64,000 bases of DNA from Verrucomicrobiota bacterium (GTDB lineage: Bacteria; Verrucomicrobiota; Verrucomicrobiia; Opitutales; Cerasicoccaceae): the NCBI GenBank assembly GCA_039818205.1, contig JBCBUK010000009.1:96001-160000 (forward strand), written 5' to 3'. A program made the translations under genes and the position numbers. Under the pieces are notes generated by a model that was not told where the DNA came from, ran no database searches, and saw only the letters and a program-made list of their open reading frames with translations. Below are positions 9,171 through 18,646 of the stretch, piece by piece; within the stretch, counting starts at the first letter, position 1, and the number at the start of each line of letters is the position of its first letter.

Positions 9171-10103
9171 CTAGCTGTAGGACAGAACATTGCGCCCCAA
9201 AAGGCGCTCCTTGCCTTCCAGGCAAAGCCCAATGAAGGTTTCTTCAAACAGGGTGAGCTCGTGTTGCCGTGCCCAGTAAAATTTCCATTCCCGATTGGGA
9301 CCGCCCTCGGAGAGTGGTCGCATCGCAAGACTGCCGCGTTCCAGGTCGGCGCTGGCAACCCAAGGTGGCGCAAATGCAACCCCCTGACCAATTTTTACCA
9401 TCTCAAGGATCGCTTCCATGCTTCCAACCTCAATCAACTCTGCGGGGCGCACGCCCTGGCTATGCAGTTTGTCCTTGATCACATCGTCCGATGGATTACC
9501 GCCACCGTAGAGGTGAAGGGTCTCTCCGCTCAGGTCGTTGAGGTTGAGCTCGGACTTCGTTGCAAGGTGGTGGAAGGGCGGCATCAGAATCCGCAGCTCA
9601 TCCTGAAACCATTCGAGGGAGTCGAGATCGTTCGCATCCGAACCAATGTTGAACGCGAGTACAAGATCGATTTCGTTTCGGCGAAGTCGTTCTAAGTTTA
9701 ACTTGCCTGGGCTTGGGCTGATGCTGATCGAGCAGCCCGGAAAACTTTGCTTAAATTCGCGGATGACTTCGGGTAGAACCAAGTGGGCGCATGCTGGAGT
9801 TGCGCCAACCCGGAGGCGGCCGCGTCCCCAGCCATCGAAGTTCCCAATACGCTCGCGCATCGACTCCAGACGGGCCAGAATCTCAGTCGCTTCGCGGATG
9901 ATGAATTCACCGGGTTCGGTTGGTCGTATCCGGCGACCCTCGCGCTCAAACAAACGATGCCCGATGTCTGTCTCCATTGCTTTAACTGCATGGCTAACAG
10001 CCGATTGGGTTAGGTGCAGTGATTTCGCGGCCTCGGTAAAGCTACGAGTTCTGGCGACCGCAACTACGGTCATCAACTGTCTTGTGTCGAGTGGAGCAAA
10101 CAT
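9171..10103 (-). CDS. LysR family transcriptional regulator
   Basis: SFTEAAKSLHLTQSAVSHAVKAME HTH plus substrate-binding domain. Confidence 0.95.
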   Translation of the reverse strand: MFAPLDTRQLMTVVAVARTRSFTEAAKSLHLTQSAVSHAVKAMETDIGHRLFEREGRRIRPTEPGEFIIREATEILARLESMRERIGNFDGWGRGRLRVGATPACAHLVLPEVIREFKQSFPGCSISISPSPGKLNLERLRRNEIDLVLAFNIGSDANDLDSLEWFQDELRILMPPFHHLATKSELNLNDLSGETLHLYGGGNPSDDVIKDKLHSQGVRPAELIEVGSMEAILEMVKIGQGVAFAPPWVASADLERGSLAMRPLSEGGPNREWKFYWARQHELTLFEETFIGLCLEGKERLLGRNVLSYS

Positions 10104-10107
10104 ATCT

Positions 10108-10125
10108 TTGGCACAGAACTAGCTA
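10108..10125 (+). promoter_or_regulatory. Putative sigma54 (-24/-12) promoter
   Basis: TTGGCACAGAACTAGCTA: TGGCAC-N7-GC (GG-N10-GC), 18 nt upstream of ATG 10144. Confidence 0.6.
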
Positions 10126-10143
10126 GCATTTCTCATACCATAC

Positions 10144-11154
10144 ATGTCTTCTACTCGAGAAAATGGACGTTCCCTCAAAGTTGGGTTGGTGCGGCTGCTT
10201 GATGCCGCACCCTATGTTTTGGCGGGTGAACTAGGATACTTTGCCGAAGCGGGATTGCGCGTCGATTTAAGTTGGGAACTCGGTTGGGCAACCGTGAAAC
10301 ATAAGGTTGCCTATGGGGAGTTGGATGCCGCCCAGGCCTTGTCGCCTTCGGCACTCAGCGTTGCGGCTGGCTTTGGTGTCGCACCGACTCCCGTTACTGC
10401 GCTCATGGTTACGAGCCGACTGGGTAATGCGATTACCTTGTCGACCCGCGTGCGGGATCGAGGCGTGACCAGCGCTGAAGACTTTCGATCCGAGGTGCGC
10501 TCCTCTAAAGGGCAACGCCTTTATAAGCTCGGTGTTGTTTCCCTGGATTCCTCACACAACTTTTTAATGCGTCAATGGTTGACCAGTATCCGCATTGATC
10601 CCGATCACGACGTTAAGATTGTCGTCATCCCGCCGGGACAGGCAGTGCGAAATCTACGAGCTGGCACGCTCGATGGTTTTTGCGTGGGAGAGCCGTGGAA
10701 CAGTGTCGCAGTGCGTGAAGGTCATGGATGGTGTCCCGTTTTGAGCCATGAGCTTGCTCCTGATCATCCGGAGAAGGTCCTAATGGCGCGCAACGATTTT
10801 GTTGCCGACCGTAAGCCGGAGTTTGACGGTTTGGTGAAAGCGCTGACTCGAGCTTGCCAGTTTTGCGATGACCCAGAGAACATCTCTCGAATCGCGCGGC
10901 AGATGCGGCGAACGGGAATTCTCGGGCCCTCGGCCCAGGGAATGGAGAAAGTATTGAGAGGAGAGTTTGATCGCGGAACGGGTGACGGAGAAGTATCCGA
11001 ACCGATGATCCGATTCACCCACGAGGGGAAAACCAATGTTCGTGCCTCCGATGTGGCTTGGATTCTCAGCGGCGCAAAAGGATCCGGTTGGGAGGGGATT
11101 GATTCAGATCACCTCACCGAAATTGCATCGATTTCCTACTCCTCGGGACTCTAG
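10144..11154 (+). CDS. CmpA/NrtA/NasS-family nitrate/nitrite-binding protein, no signal peptide
   Basis: GLVRLLDAAP, GNAITLS, SSHNFLMRQWL, VIPP, DGFCVGEPWN, HPEKVL. Confidence 0.88.
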   Translation: MSSTRENGRSLKVGLVRLLDAAPYVLAGELGYFAEAGLRVDLSWELGWATVKHKVAYGELDAAQALSPSALSVAAGFGVAPTPVTALMVTSRLGNAITLSTRVRDRGVTSAEDFRSEVRSSKGQRLYKLGVVSLDSSHNFLMRQWLTSIRIDPDHDVKIVVIPPGQAVRNLRAGTLDGFCVGEPWNSVAVREGHGWCPVLSHELAPDHPEKVLMARNDFVADRKPEFDGLVKALTRACQFCDDPENISRIARQMRRTGILGPSAQGMEKVLRGEFDRGTGDGEVSEPMIRFTHEGKTNVRASDVAWILSGAKGSGWEGIDSDHLTEIASISYSSGL

Positions 11155-12282
11155 CTAACGGGCAATTGCCAAGCCCGTTTCCGAATCGAAGAAGGTTATC
11201 CGATCCTCATCGAACGTCATGAACACCGAGTCACCGACCTTCTCGTTTACCATAGTCGAGGTTCGGCAAATGATGGTCTGACCGCTGTTCGTTTTCAGGT
11301 AAACGTAGGTTTCGGATCCAAGTGGTTCGACGAGGTCGATCGTGACTGGGATCTTGCCGTTGTCTTGGATTGAATAGGAGATGAACTCTGGACGAATCCC
11401 TAGATGGACTGGCTTTCCTTGGTGCCCTTCGACAAGGCTTTTTACCGAAGAGCCAAGTAAGACGGTTGCCGGATCGGAATTCGCCGTTTCGAGGTCCTCT
11501 AAGAATGTGTTTTCGTTCCCGGAAGTAACGATTTTTCCCGGAAGAAAATTCATGGGTGGGCTGCCGATGAATCCCGCGACGAACATATTGGCCGGGTGAT
11601 TGTAGACGGTCATGGGCGTGGCAACCTGCATGATTTCTCCGTCCTTCATCACGCAAATCCGGTCTCCCATCGTCATGGCTTCGACTTGGTCATGGGTGAC
11701 GTAGATCATCGTCGTCCCGAGGTGACTATGCAGGCGGGAAATTTCGGTCCGCATCTGAACCCGCATCTTCGCGTCGAGATTTGAAAGTGGTTCGTCGAAC
11801 AAGAACACCTTTGGCTGGCGAACAATCGCTCGGCCAACGGCGACCCGCTGACGCTGTCCGCCCGAGAGCGCCTTCGGCTTTCGTTCGAGCAATGCGTCAA
11901 GCCCGAGAATTTCAGCGGCTTGTTCAACGCGTGTTTTGATCTCCTCCTTCGAAAGCTTCAGTAGTTTCAAGGCGAAGGCCATATTGTCATACACGCTCAT
12001 GTGGGGGTATAGGCCATAGTTTTGGAAAACCATCGCGATACCACGATTCTTTGGCAGGACATCATTCATCACTATGTCACCAATTTGAAGCGTGCCGCTT
12101 GTGATCTCCTCCAAGCCCGCGATCATGCGCAGGGTCGTTGTCTTGCCACATCCCGACGGCCCAACCAAGACCATGAACTCCCCATCCTCGATCTCGAGAT
12201 CGATCTGTTTAACGGCCTGGAAGGCGTCCTTCTTTCCGTGGTTGTAGGTCTTGTCGAGTTCGTTGAGTGTGACGGCGGCCAT
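11155..12282 (-). CDS. Sugar ABC transporter ATP-binding protein (MalK/UgpC/MsmK type)
   Basis: [28 protein letters not shown]-like C-terminus; no permease genes adjacent. Confidence 0.95.
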   Translation of the reverse strand: MAAVTLNELDKTYNHGKKDAFQAVKQIDLEIEDGEFMVLVGPSGCGKTTTLRMIAGLEEITSGTLQIGDIVMNDVLPKNRGIAMVFQNYGLYPHMSVYDNMAFALKLLKLSKEEIKTRVEQAAEILGLDALLERKPKALSGGQRQRVAVGRAIVRQPKVFLFDEPLSNLDAKMRVQMRTEISRLHSHLGTTMIYVTHDQVEAMTMGDRICVMKDGEIMQVATPMTVYNHPANMFVAGFIGSPPMNFLPGKIVTSGNENTFLEDLETANSDPATVLLGSSVKSLVEGHQGKPVHLGIRPEFISYSIQDNGKIPVTIDLVEPLGSETYVYLKTNSGQTIICRTSTMVNEKVGDSVFMTFDEDRITFFDSETGLAIAR

Positions 12283-12441
12283 TCGAGCGAGTGGGGTTTC
12301 TCCAGTGAAAGTTCCTCGTGTCTAGTGGTTTACTGACCGTGCTGCCAAACTATTTGCGAAAAAAATTCCACAAAATGGGGGGTCTATTGGTTCAAGAATT
12401 AGTTTGTAGGCGTCTCGGAGATTCAATTGAATTGTCCCGCC

Positions 12442-12756
12442 ATGATCGAATTCATCAAAAAAGGTATGCTTGCAAGCGTGGGGGCTGCGGTCGTCACAAA
12501 GGAGAACGCGGAGAAGGCTTTGGGCGAACTTGTGGAGAAAGGAAAAATTTCGACCACCGAAGCCAGCGAACTGGCGGGTAAAATCGTTGAAGAAGGCAAA
12601 GCTGAGTACGAGAAGTCTCTTGAGGAAGCTCAGGGATGGTTTGAAGGAATGCTTCGCAAGGCCAACGTTGCTAGCGAGTCGCAGGTAGCCGCTCTCGAAG
12701 CACGGGTTGCCGTTTTGGAGGCTAAAGTGGCCGAGTGTGACAAGCCCGCCGAATAA
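12442..12756 (+). CDS. Phasin-like (poly-granule-associated) small helical protein
   Basis: KKGMLASVGAAVVTKE...ELVEKGKIS...LEARVAVLE pattern; directly upstream of the ABC1 kinase. Confidence 0.75.
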   Translation: MIEFIKKGMLASVGAAVVTKENAEKALGELVEKGKISTTEASELAGKIVEEGKAEYEKSLEEAQGWFEGMLRKANVASESQVAALEARVAVLEAKVAECDKPAE

Positions 12757-12764
12757 GCGCTGCT

Positions 12765-14450
12765 TTGGCCAATCCACTCAAGACGCTTGATTTATTTTCC
12801 AACGCCGTCCGCGCCAAAGAGATTTTCACGGTTTTGGCGCGGCATGGTTTTGGCGACCTGTTGGAGACCGCCCGTGTCCCGAAGGGCCTGATCGAGAAGA
12901 TCGTTCCGCCCACGGATCTGAATCTCAATGTATGGCAGCGGCTCCGACATACCCTGGAGGACCTGGGGCCGACTTTTGTAAAGTTTGGCCAGGTGATGAG
13001 CACCCGGCCGGATGTCTTGCCGGAACCACTCATCGAAGAGTTTAAGAATCTGCGGAGCAAAGTCCGGCCACTATCCTTTGAGGAAATGAAACCGGTGCTG
13101 TGCTCGGAGCTGCGCTGTGAGGATGTTGCGGAATTCTTTGATGATTTCAATACGACACCGATTGCCACCGGCTCCATTGGCCAGGTTTACAAGGCGCGAC
13201 TGAAGGGCGAAGAAACGCTGGTTGCGGTCAAAGTCCAGAAGCCAAATCTGAAAAAGGCGATCAAGTCGGATATCGAAATCATTGGGTGGTTGGTGAAATT
13301 GCTTCACGACAAGGTCGAGGAGCTTCGCCCTTACGATTTACCGTCGGTTGTTGAGTCAACGGGGCAGGGGATTTTCCAGGAGCTCGATTTTGCGATTGAG
13401 GCGAATAACGCAGCCTTGTTCAACCACCTGAACCCCTATGACGTGGTTTTTGCGCCCAAGGTCTACGATCAGTTCACCTCCGAGCGCCTGACCGTATTTG
13501 AGTGGATTGAGGGAAAGCCGCCTGGTGATCCGAGTATCCCTGAGGATGTGAGCCATAAGCTAGCAACAGCCGGTGGCCGCAGTGTTTTTGAGCAGATTGT
13601 GATCAGCGGTTTCTTTCACGCCGATCCGCACGGAGGCAATATCCTCATCACGAACGATGGACGTCTTTGCTTTATCGATTGGGGCCTAGCGGGTCAGTTG
13701 ACCCGCGAGATGCGCTACTTCTTGGCCGATCTGTTTGGCGCGATTGGAAAGGGGGACCCCGAGCGGGTTGTCCGCGTGGCAACGAGCATGGCCACTGCCA
13801 AGGTTCGCATTGATCGCATCAAGCTAGAACAAGAAGTCGGATTTGTGCTGCGGCAGTACCGGTCGAAGTTTGATCAAAACGAGGCGATTGGTAAAATCGT
13901 AATCGAACTCCTCTACGTCTTTGGATCGAACGGTATTCAACTGGCTCGTGATTACTCTCTGCTCGCCAAAGCGGTGATTTCGATTGAAGAGGTTGGTCAG
14001 ACGATGGACCCCAAGTTCGATATCCGTTTGGTGGGGGCGCCGTTCCTGAAAAAGCTGGAGTGGGAACGTATCAATCCATCAACTGCCATCCCTCGTGCCT
14101 GGTGGAACCTTCAGGGGCATATGATGCGGCTGCGTGAGTTGCCGGCAGACATCCAGCGGTTCTTCCGTCATCTTGAAGACGGTGAGATCAAGATCAACAT
14201 GCGCCACGAGGGCCTAACCGAGGTCGGCGACGTGTTCGATTCCGGGGTAAATCGCCTCACGATTGCGATTATCACGGCGTCGATTTTGCTCTCATCGGCA
14301 ATTTTGGTATCATCGACGACTCCTTCAGACCCGTCATGGGACGACCTTTACAAAATGCCAACCTTCTTTGGGACTTGGGGCTTTAAACTCGGTATCATAT
14401 TTGGCGTCTGGATCATTTGGGACATCATCCGCCACGGACGCCACAAATAA
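12765..14450 (+). CDS. AarF/UbiB (ABC1) family atypical kinase
   Basis: LGPTFVKFGQ, ATGSIGQVY, VAVKVQ, FFHADPHGGN, IDWG; C-terminal TM helices. Confidence 0.93.
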   Translation: MANPLKTLDLFSNAVRAKEIFTVLARHGFGDLLETARVPKGLIEKIVPPTDLNLNVWQRLRHTLEDLGPTFVKFGQVMSTRPDVLPEPLIEEFKNLRSKVRPLSFEEMKPVLCSELRCEDVAEFFDDFNTTPIATGSIGQVYKARLKGEETLVAVKVQKPNLKKAIKSDIEIIGWLVKLLHDKVEELRPYDLPSVVESTGQGIFQELDFAIEANNAALFNHLNPYDVVFAPKVYDQFTSERLTVFEWIEGKPPGDPSIPEDVSHKLATAGGRSVFEQIVISGFFHADPHGGNILITNDGRLCFIDWGLAGQLTREMRYFLADLFGAIGKGDPERVVRVATSMATAKVRIDRIKLEQEVGFVLRQYRSKFDQNEAIGKIVIELLYVFGSNGIQLARDYSLLAKAVISIEEVGQTMDPKFDIRLVGAPFLKKLEWERINPSTAIPRAWWNLQGHMMRLRELPADIQRFFRHLEDGEIKINMRHEGLTEVGDVFDSGVNRLTIAIITASILLSSAILVSSTTPSDPSWDDLYKMPTFFGTWGFKLGIIFGVWIIWDIIRHGRHK

Positions 14451-14504
14451 TGCTCGAAAGAGCAGTACGAGATTGAAGCGTAGTTAATTCGAGTGGCTGG
14501 CTGG

Positions 14505-15047
14505 CTACTTCGAAAAGAGGCGCGTGAGCCCCTTCTTCTTTTTGGGCTCTTCAGGAGCTCCCGGCGGAGGCGGCATGCCTTCAGGGCGTTTCGACGCTTC
14601 TTCGCGTGCCGCCAAGAGGCCTTTCGTCCCACCTTTCGGAGGTTCCGGAATATTGATGGGCGGTTGAGTGGGGCGCTTGCGCCGTTTGTCCGGAGAAAGG
14701 TAGGGCCGCACCACTTGATCGAGGAGGATGGGCTTTTTCATCACGTTGATCCCGCACATATCCAGTTGATTGAACTCGGAACGCAAAATTGCTGGGGTCA
14801 AAACGACAACGTGTAAATCCGGGTCTTTTGCCTTGGCCCCCATGATGAATGTCATGCCATTCTTTTCGTCGATCGAGTGATCCGCAATGAAGAGATCTAC
14901 GGGATTTTCTTCGTCGTCCAGGGCAGCTTTGCAGTCATCGATCGTCCTGGCCATCACTGGTTTATGCTGAAGCTTAGTCAGCTTGCGACTAACGCTTTCG
15001 AGCACGGTATCCGAATCATCCCAATATAGAATTCTCACATATGACAC
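14505..15047 (-). CDS. Receiver-domain protein with Pro-rich tail and basic amphipathic C-terminus
   Basis: ILYWDD, DLFIAD, VVVLT, KKP REC pattern; tail ends KKKKGLTRLFSK. Confidence 0.75.
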   Translation of the reverse strand: MSYVRILYWDDSDTVLESVSRKLTKLQHKPVMARTIDDCKAALDDEENPVDLFIADHSIDEKNGMTFIMGAKAKDPDLHVVVLTPAILRSEFNQLDMCGINVMKKPILLDQVVRPYLSPDKRRKRPTQPPINIPEPPKGGTKGLLAAREEASKRPEGMPPPPGAPEEPKKKKGLTRLFSK

Positions 15048-15185
15048 TGTAGTAAGATTCTAGCGTAAATCAAGTAGCCTTTTGCCCCTATCGAAACTTT
15101 TGAAACTGGCATCGATTGGCCCTGCTCAACGTTTGTAAGCCGTTGATAAGTAGGGTAATCGTAGGTTCGTCCTGATTTTTTGGCG

Positions 15186-15590
15186 CTATGTTTTGGCCGG
15201 AATCTCTGGGGGGAGAAAGCGGTTAATCGCTTCCCTTACTTGATCGAACGTTACCGGTTTGTGGAGGTAGTGGTTCGCTCCGGCAGTGAGACACTTTTGG
15301 GCAGTCTTCTGTTCGGCATACCCGGAAATCACAATGATGGGGATTTCACGGGTTCGCCAATTCGACCGAAGAATGCGCAAGTCCGTGTAGCCATCGATGT
15401 CTGGCATGAGCAGATCAAGTAGGATCAGGTCGGGCCGATGCACATTGGCTTGCTCGATGACTTCTTTGCCGTTGCTTACGCCAATGGTTTCATGCCCCAG
15501 CTTTCGAGCGGTCGCTTCAAGGAACATGACCGTCGTTTCATCGTCGTCCGCAATTAACACAGTTTTTGCCGGTGTCTGAGGCTCACTCAT
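15186..15590 (-). CDS. Single-domain response regulator
   Basis: VLIADDD, DLILLDLLMPDIDG, YLHKP. Confidence 0.92.
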   Translation of the reverse strand: MSEPQTPAKTVLIADDDETTVMFLEATARKLGHETIGVSNGKEVIEQANVHRPDLILLDLLMPDIDGYTDLRILRSNWRTREIPIIVISGYAEQKTAQKCLTAGANHYLHKPVTFDQVREAINRFLPPEIPAKT

Positions 15591-15705
15591 GGCACGTAGA
15601 TAGTAGCTGATATGAAATAATGCCCGATTCGGGCCTGCCTTGCAAATGCAAATTGCGAGGAACGAATATGCGTGAACTTTGGTTTCAGCGACTTATACAA
15701 ACACT

Positions 15706-16548
15706 ATGGAGGTAATAAATTCCGTTGAGGAAATGCAGTCGACGGCGATTCGCTTGCGTGGGCAGGGGCGTCTGCTGGGCTTCGTGCCGACGATGGGCGC
15801 TTTACATGAGGGGCACCTTTCGCTGATTGACGCCGCCCGAGAAAGAACGGATGCCGTCGTGGTTTCCATATTTGTGAACCCAACCCAGTTTGGTCTCAAC
15901 GAGGATTTCGAACGATACCCAAAGCAGCTCGAGGACGATCTCGAGCAATGCAAGGCCCGAGGAGCAGACATTGTTTTCGTCCCCGAACGGTCCGATATCT
16001 TGCCGCCGGAGTTTTCGACCTATGTTGAGGAGGAAGACTACTCGCAGGGTATGTGCGGTATTTCTCGGCCAGGACACTTTCGGGGCGTGGCAACAATTGT
16101 CGCAGCATTGTTCAATGTCTGTCGGCCAGATGTGGCGGTCTTTGGCCAAAAGGATGCCCAGCAAGCCGCAGTCATCAAAAAGATGGTCAAAGACCTATGG
16201 TTCCCGATTGAAGTCGTCGTCGCCCCGACGGCCCGTGAGCCCGATGGCTTGGCGATGAGTTCGCGCAACCGCTACCTGGAAACGGGGGAGCGCACCGATG
16301 CCGTTCGGCTCTCGGAGGCATTGTCCATTGCCAAAGGAATTGTCGAACAAGGGAATCTCAGCGTGGATCGGATTAAGGCCGAGGTCAGCCACCACCTTAG
16401 CCAGTCTCGCCGTATTCGAATCATCTATGTCGAGGTCGTTGATGCTGACACCATGAAACCCGAGCGCGAGGTGCGTCCGGGATATAGTCTCTTGACGGTT
16501 GCCATTTGGTTGGAACAAACTCGTCTGATCGATAACGTGACACTATAA
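15706..16548 (+). CDS. panC: Pantoate--beta-alanine ligase
   Basis: VPTMGALHEGH, SIFVNPTQF, FGQKDAQQ, AMSSRN, RLIDN. Confidence 0.97.
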   Translation: MEVINSVEEMQSTAIRLRGQGRLLGFVPTMGALHEGHLSLIDAARERTDAVVVSIFVNPTQFGLNEDFERYPKQLEDDLEQCKARGADIVFVPERSDILPPEFSTYVEEEDYSQGMCGISRPGHFRGVATIVAALFNVCRPDVAVFGQKDAQQAAVIKKMVKDLWFPIEVVVAPTAREPDGLAMSSRNRYLETGERTDAVRLSEALSIAKGIVEQGNLSVDRIKAEVSHHLSQSRRIRIIYVEVVDADTMKPEREVRPGYSLLTVAIWLEQTRLIDNVTL

Positions 16549-16558
16549 CTTTTCGGAC

Positions 16559-17056
16559 ATGAGATACTTGTTTACCTTAGGCCTAGCGCTACTTTCCCTA
16601 AGCTTCATCGGTTGCGGCGAAGAAGAAACAGTGAAGCCAATGCGCTTCTACCTCGAAGCGAGCGCTTCGGGAACGACTGGAGACATTGGTCGCACCATGG
16701 TGCTTCCTAAGAGCGGCTTGAGCTACAACGTTCGCGGCCAACCGATTTTCACGGAAGCAGACATCACGAATGTGCAACTGGTCAAGGTTGCCAACGGTGA
16801 GCACGCATTGCTTTTCCACCTGAATGAGCCTGGTGCCCGCAAACTCTACCGGCACTCGGTGGCGGACAATGGACGGGTCATTATTTTTGAATACGGTGGC
16901 GCTGCCATTGGAGCTCGCCAACTCGACGGCGCAATCTCCGATGGTCGCTATTTTACCTTCGTCGAAATGGACCAAGAGGATCTCGAGGAAATGGTAATGG
17001 AGATGCAGGGTGACACTCGAGTCATGAATGAAAAGCTGCGCGAAGCCCGTTTCTAG
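16559..17056 (+). CDS. Lipoprotein resembling the SecDF P1 head subdomain
   Basis: Lipobox FIGC; PIFTEADITNV...FHLNEPGARKL...AISDG resembles the SecD head. Confidence 0.55.
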   Translation: MRYLFTLGLALLSLSFIGCGEEETVKPMRFYLEASASGTTGDIGRTMVLPKSGLSYNVRGQPIFTEADITNVQLVKVANGEHALLFHLNEPGARKLYRHSVADNGRVIIFEYGGAAIGARQLDGAISDGRYFTFVEMDQEDLEEMVMEMQGDTRVMNEKLREARF

Positions 17057-17061
17057 AGCTG

Positions 17062-18093
17062 ATGCTGCGTTACTATTGGCGGATCCTTCTGGCGGCTTCC
17101 CTGGCGCTCCTGACGGCGCGGGCAGAGGAATTGCCGATCTATTGGCCGACTCCGGATTCGTCGTTTTTTGAAGGGGCAGACTGGGCTGAGGTTGGGCAAC
17201 CTACGGCCTCGGGCCGAGCTGAATCTGCCTACTTTGGATGTGTCCGCAACGGTGGTCGTCGTTTCCATGAAGGGCTTGATCTCAAGCCAATTGGTCGCGA
17301 CCGGCACAATGAGGCAACGGATGGTATTTTCGCTGCAATGCCGGGGCGAGTTGCCTACATCAATAAAGTTGCTGGCAATAGCAGTTATGGCCGCTACGTG
17401 GTGATCAATCACGAGTCGGCCGACGTGCCGGTCTACACACTGTATGCGCACCTCGCTTCGATTGAAAACGGCCTGGGGGTCGGTGACTTGGTTGCCGGTG
17501 GTCAGCGCTTGGGCACGATGGGGCGATCAGCCGGTGGTTATACGATCCCACGTCAACGCGCCCACTTGCACTTCGAGATTGGGGTGATGAAGAGCAACAA
17601 CTTCAACCGCTGGTATCGGAAGGCGGGTTACACCGGCAAGAATCATCACGGCAATTACAATGGAATCAACCTGATGGGCGCTGATCCCTTGCACTTCTGG
17701 GAAACTGTTAGGGACGGTAAGTTTAAGAATTTCGAAGATTATTTTGCGAGTCTTCCCACTGCGTACACCTTACGGATTGGTACGGACAAAGTCCCGGAGT
17801 TCATCAATCGATACCCGCACCTATTGACGCAGCCCGTGCCTAAAGAAGGCATAGCCGGCTGGGACATTGAATACACCTGGTATGGGCTACCGAAGCGGTG
17901 GACGCCTCTTCAGGCCGATGCCTTTCCCTACGGTGCTAAGGATGGCGACATTGCCTTGCTCGAATTTAATCCCGATGTGTTTGACGGCCAGTGCCGAGAC
18001 ACGCTCGTGTTTTCCAAGTCGAACCCCCAAGGTACCGTCAAACTCGGAAAAAACCTGAAGGGCGACCTGAAGATGCTCTTCGGGTTCAAGTAG
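17062..18093 (+). CDS. M23 family metallopeptidase, exported
   Basis: Signal peptide; HEGLD, YTLYAHL, HLHFE. Confidence 0.92.
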   Translation: MLRYYWRILLAASLALLTARAEELPIYWPTPDSSFFEGADWAEVGQPTASGRAESAYFGCVRNGGRRFHEGLDLKPIGRDRHNEATDGIFAAMPGRVAYINKVAGNSSYGRYVVINHESADVPVYTLYAHLASIENGLGVGDLVAGGQRLGTMGRSAGGYTIPRQRAHLHFEIGVMKSNNFNRWYRKAGYTGKNHHGNYNGINLMGADPLHFWETVRDGKFKNFEDYFASLPTAYTLRIGTDKVPEFINRYPHLLTQPVPKEGIAGWDIEYTWYGLPKRWTPLQADAFPYGAKDGDIALLEFNPDVFDGQCRDTLVFSKSNPQGTVKLGKNLKGDLKMLFGFK

Positions 18094-18640
18094 GGTTGGT
18101 CATGCGATCGATATCGATCGCCTCCAGGTAAAACTTCAACTCACCGATCGATTCTCGAATATCATCCAATGCGCGATGGGTACCTTGCTTGGCAAACCTC
18201 TGGTCGTAGCGTTCCTGGAAAACAATTTTGAAGCTGCTCACATCCAGCATTCGGTAATGTAGGCGCGATGAAAAACGGGGAAGGTAGCGGTCGACGAACT
18301 TCCGATCCTGCCCGATCGAATTGCCGCACAGAATCACGGTTTGCTTACCCCAGAACTGTTCCGCGAAGCCGGATAACTTGGCGTCGAGCTCTTGCTCGGA
18401 GATGCCGTTTGGAACCCGTTCGGTCAGGCCGCTCTCTCCGTGGGTTTTCTGGCACCATTCATTCATGCCCGCGAGCACTTCGGGCGGTTGGAAAACAGCG
18501 GACTCCCACTCGGCGAGCACTTCGTTAAAGTCTGGAGATGTGATGATGATGGCGGCCTCGAGGATGCGATCCTTGGCCGGATCAAGCCCCGTCATTTCCA
18601 GGTCGAGCCAGCACCATGCCGGTTGTTTTTCTTCAGCCAT
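18086..18640 (-). CDS. orn: Oligoribonuclease
   Basis: WLDLEMTGLD, CGNSIGQDRKF, YRMLDVSS, HRALDDIRESI. Confidence 0.95.
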   Translation of the reverse strand: MAEEKQPAWCWLDLEMTGLDPAKDRILEAAIIITSPDFNEVLAEWESAVFQPPEVLAGMNEWCQKTHGESGLTERVPNGISEQELDAKLSGFAEQFWGKQTVILCGNSIGQDRKFVDRYLPRFSSRLHYRMLDVSSFKIVFQERYDQRFAKQGTHRALDDIRESIGELKFYLEAIDIDRMTNPT

Positions 18641-18646
18641 TGGCCG

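Noticed and set aside
8907..9174. Small + strand ORFs between trpC and the LysR gene
   Set aside because: They overlap trpC and show no motifs or RBS; the region is more simply the trpC promoter.
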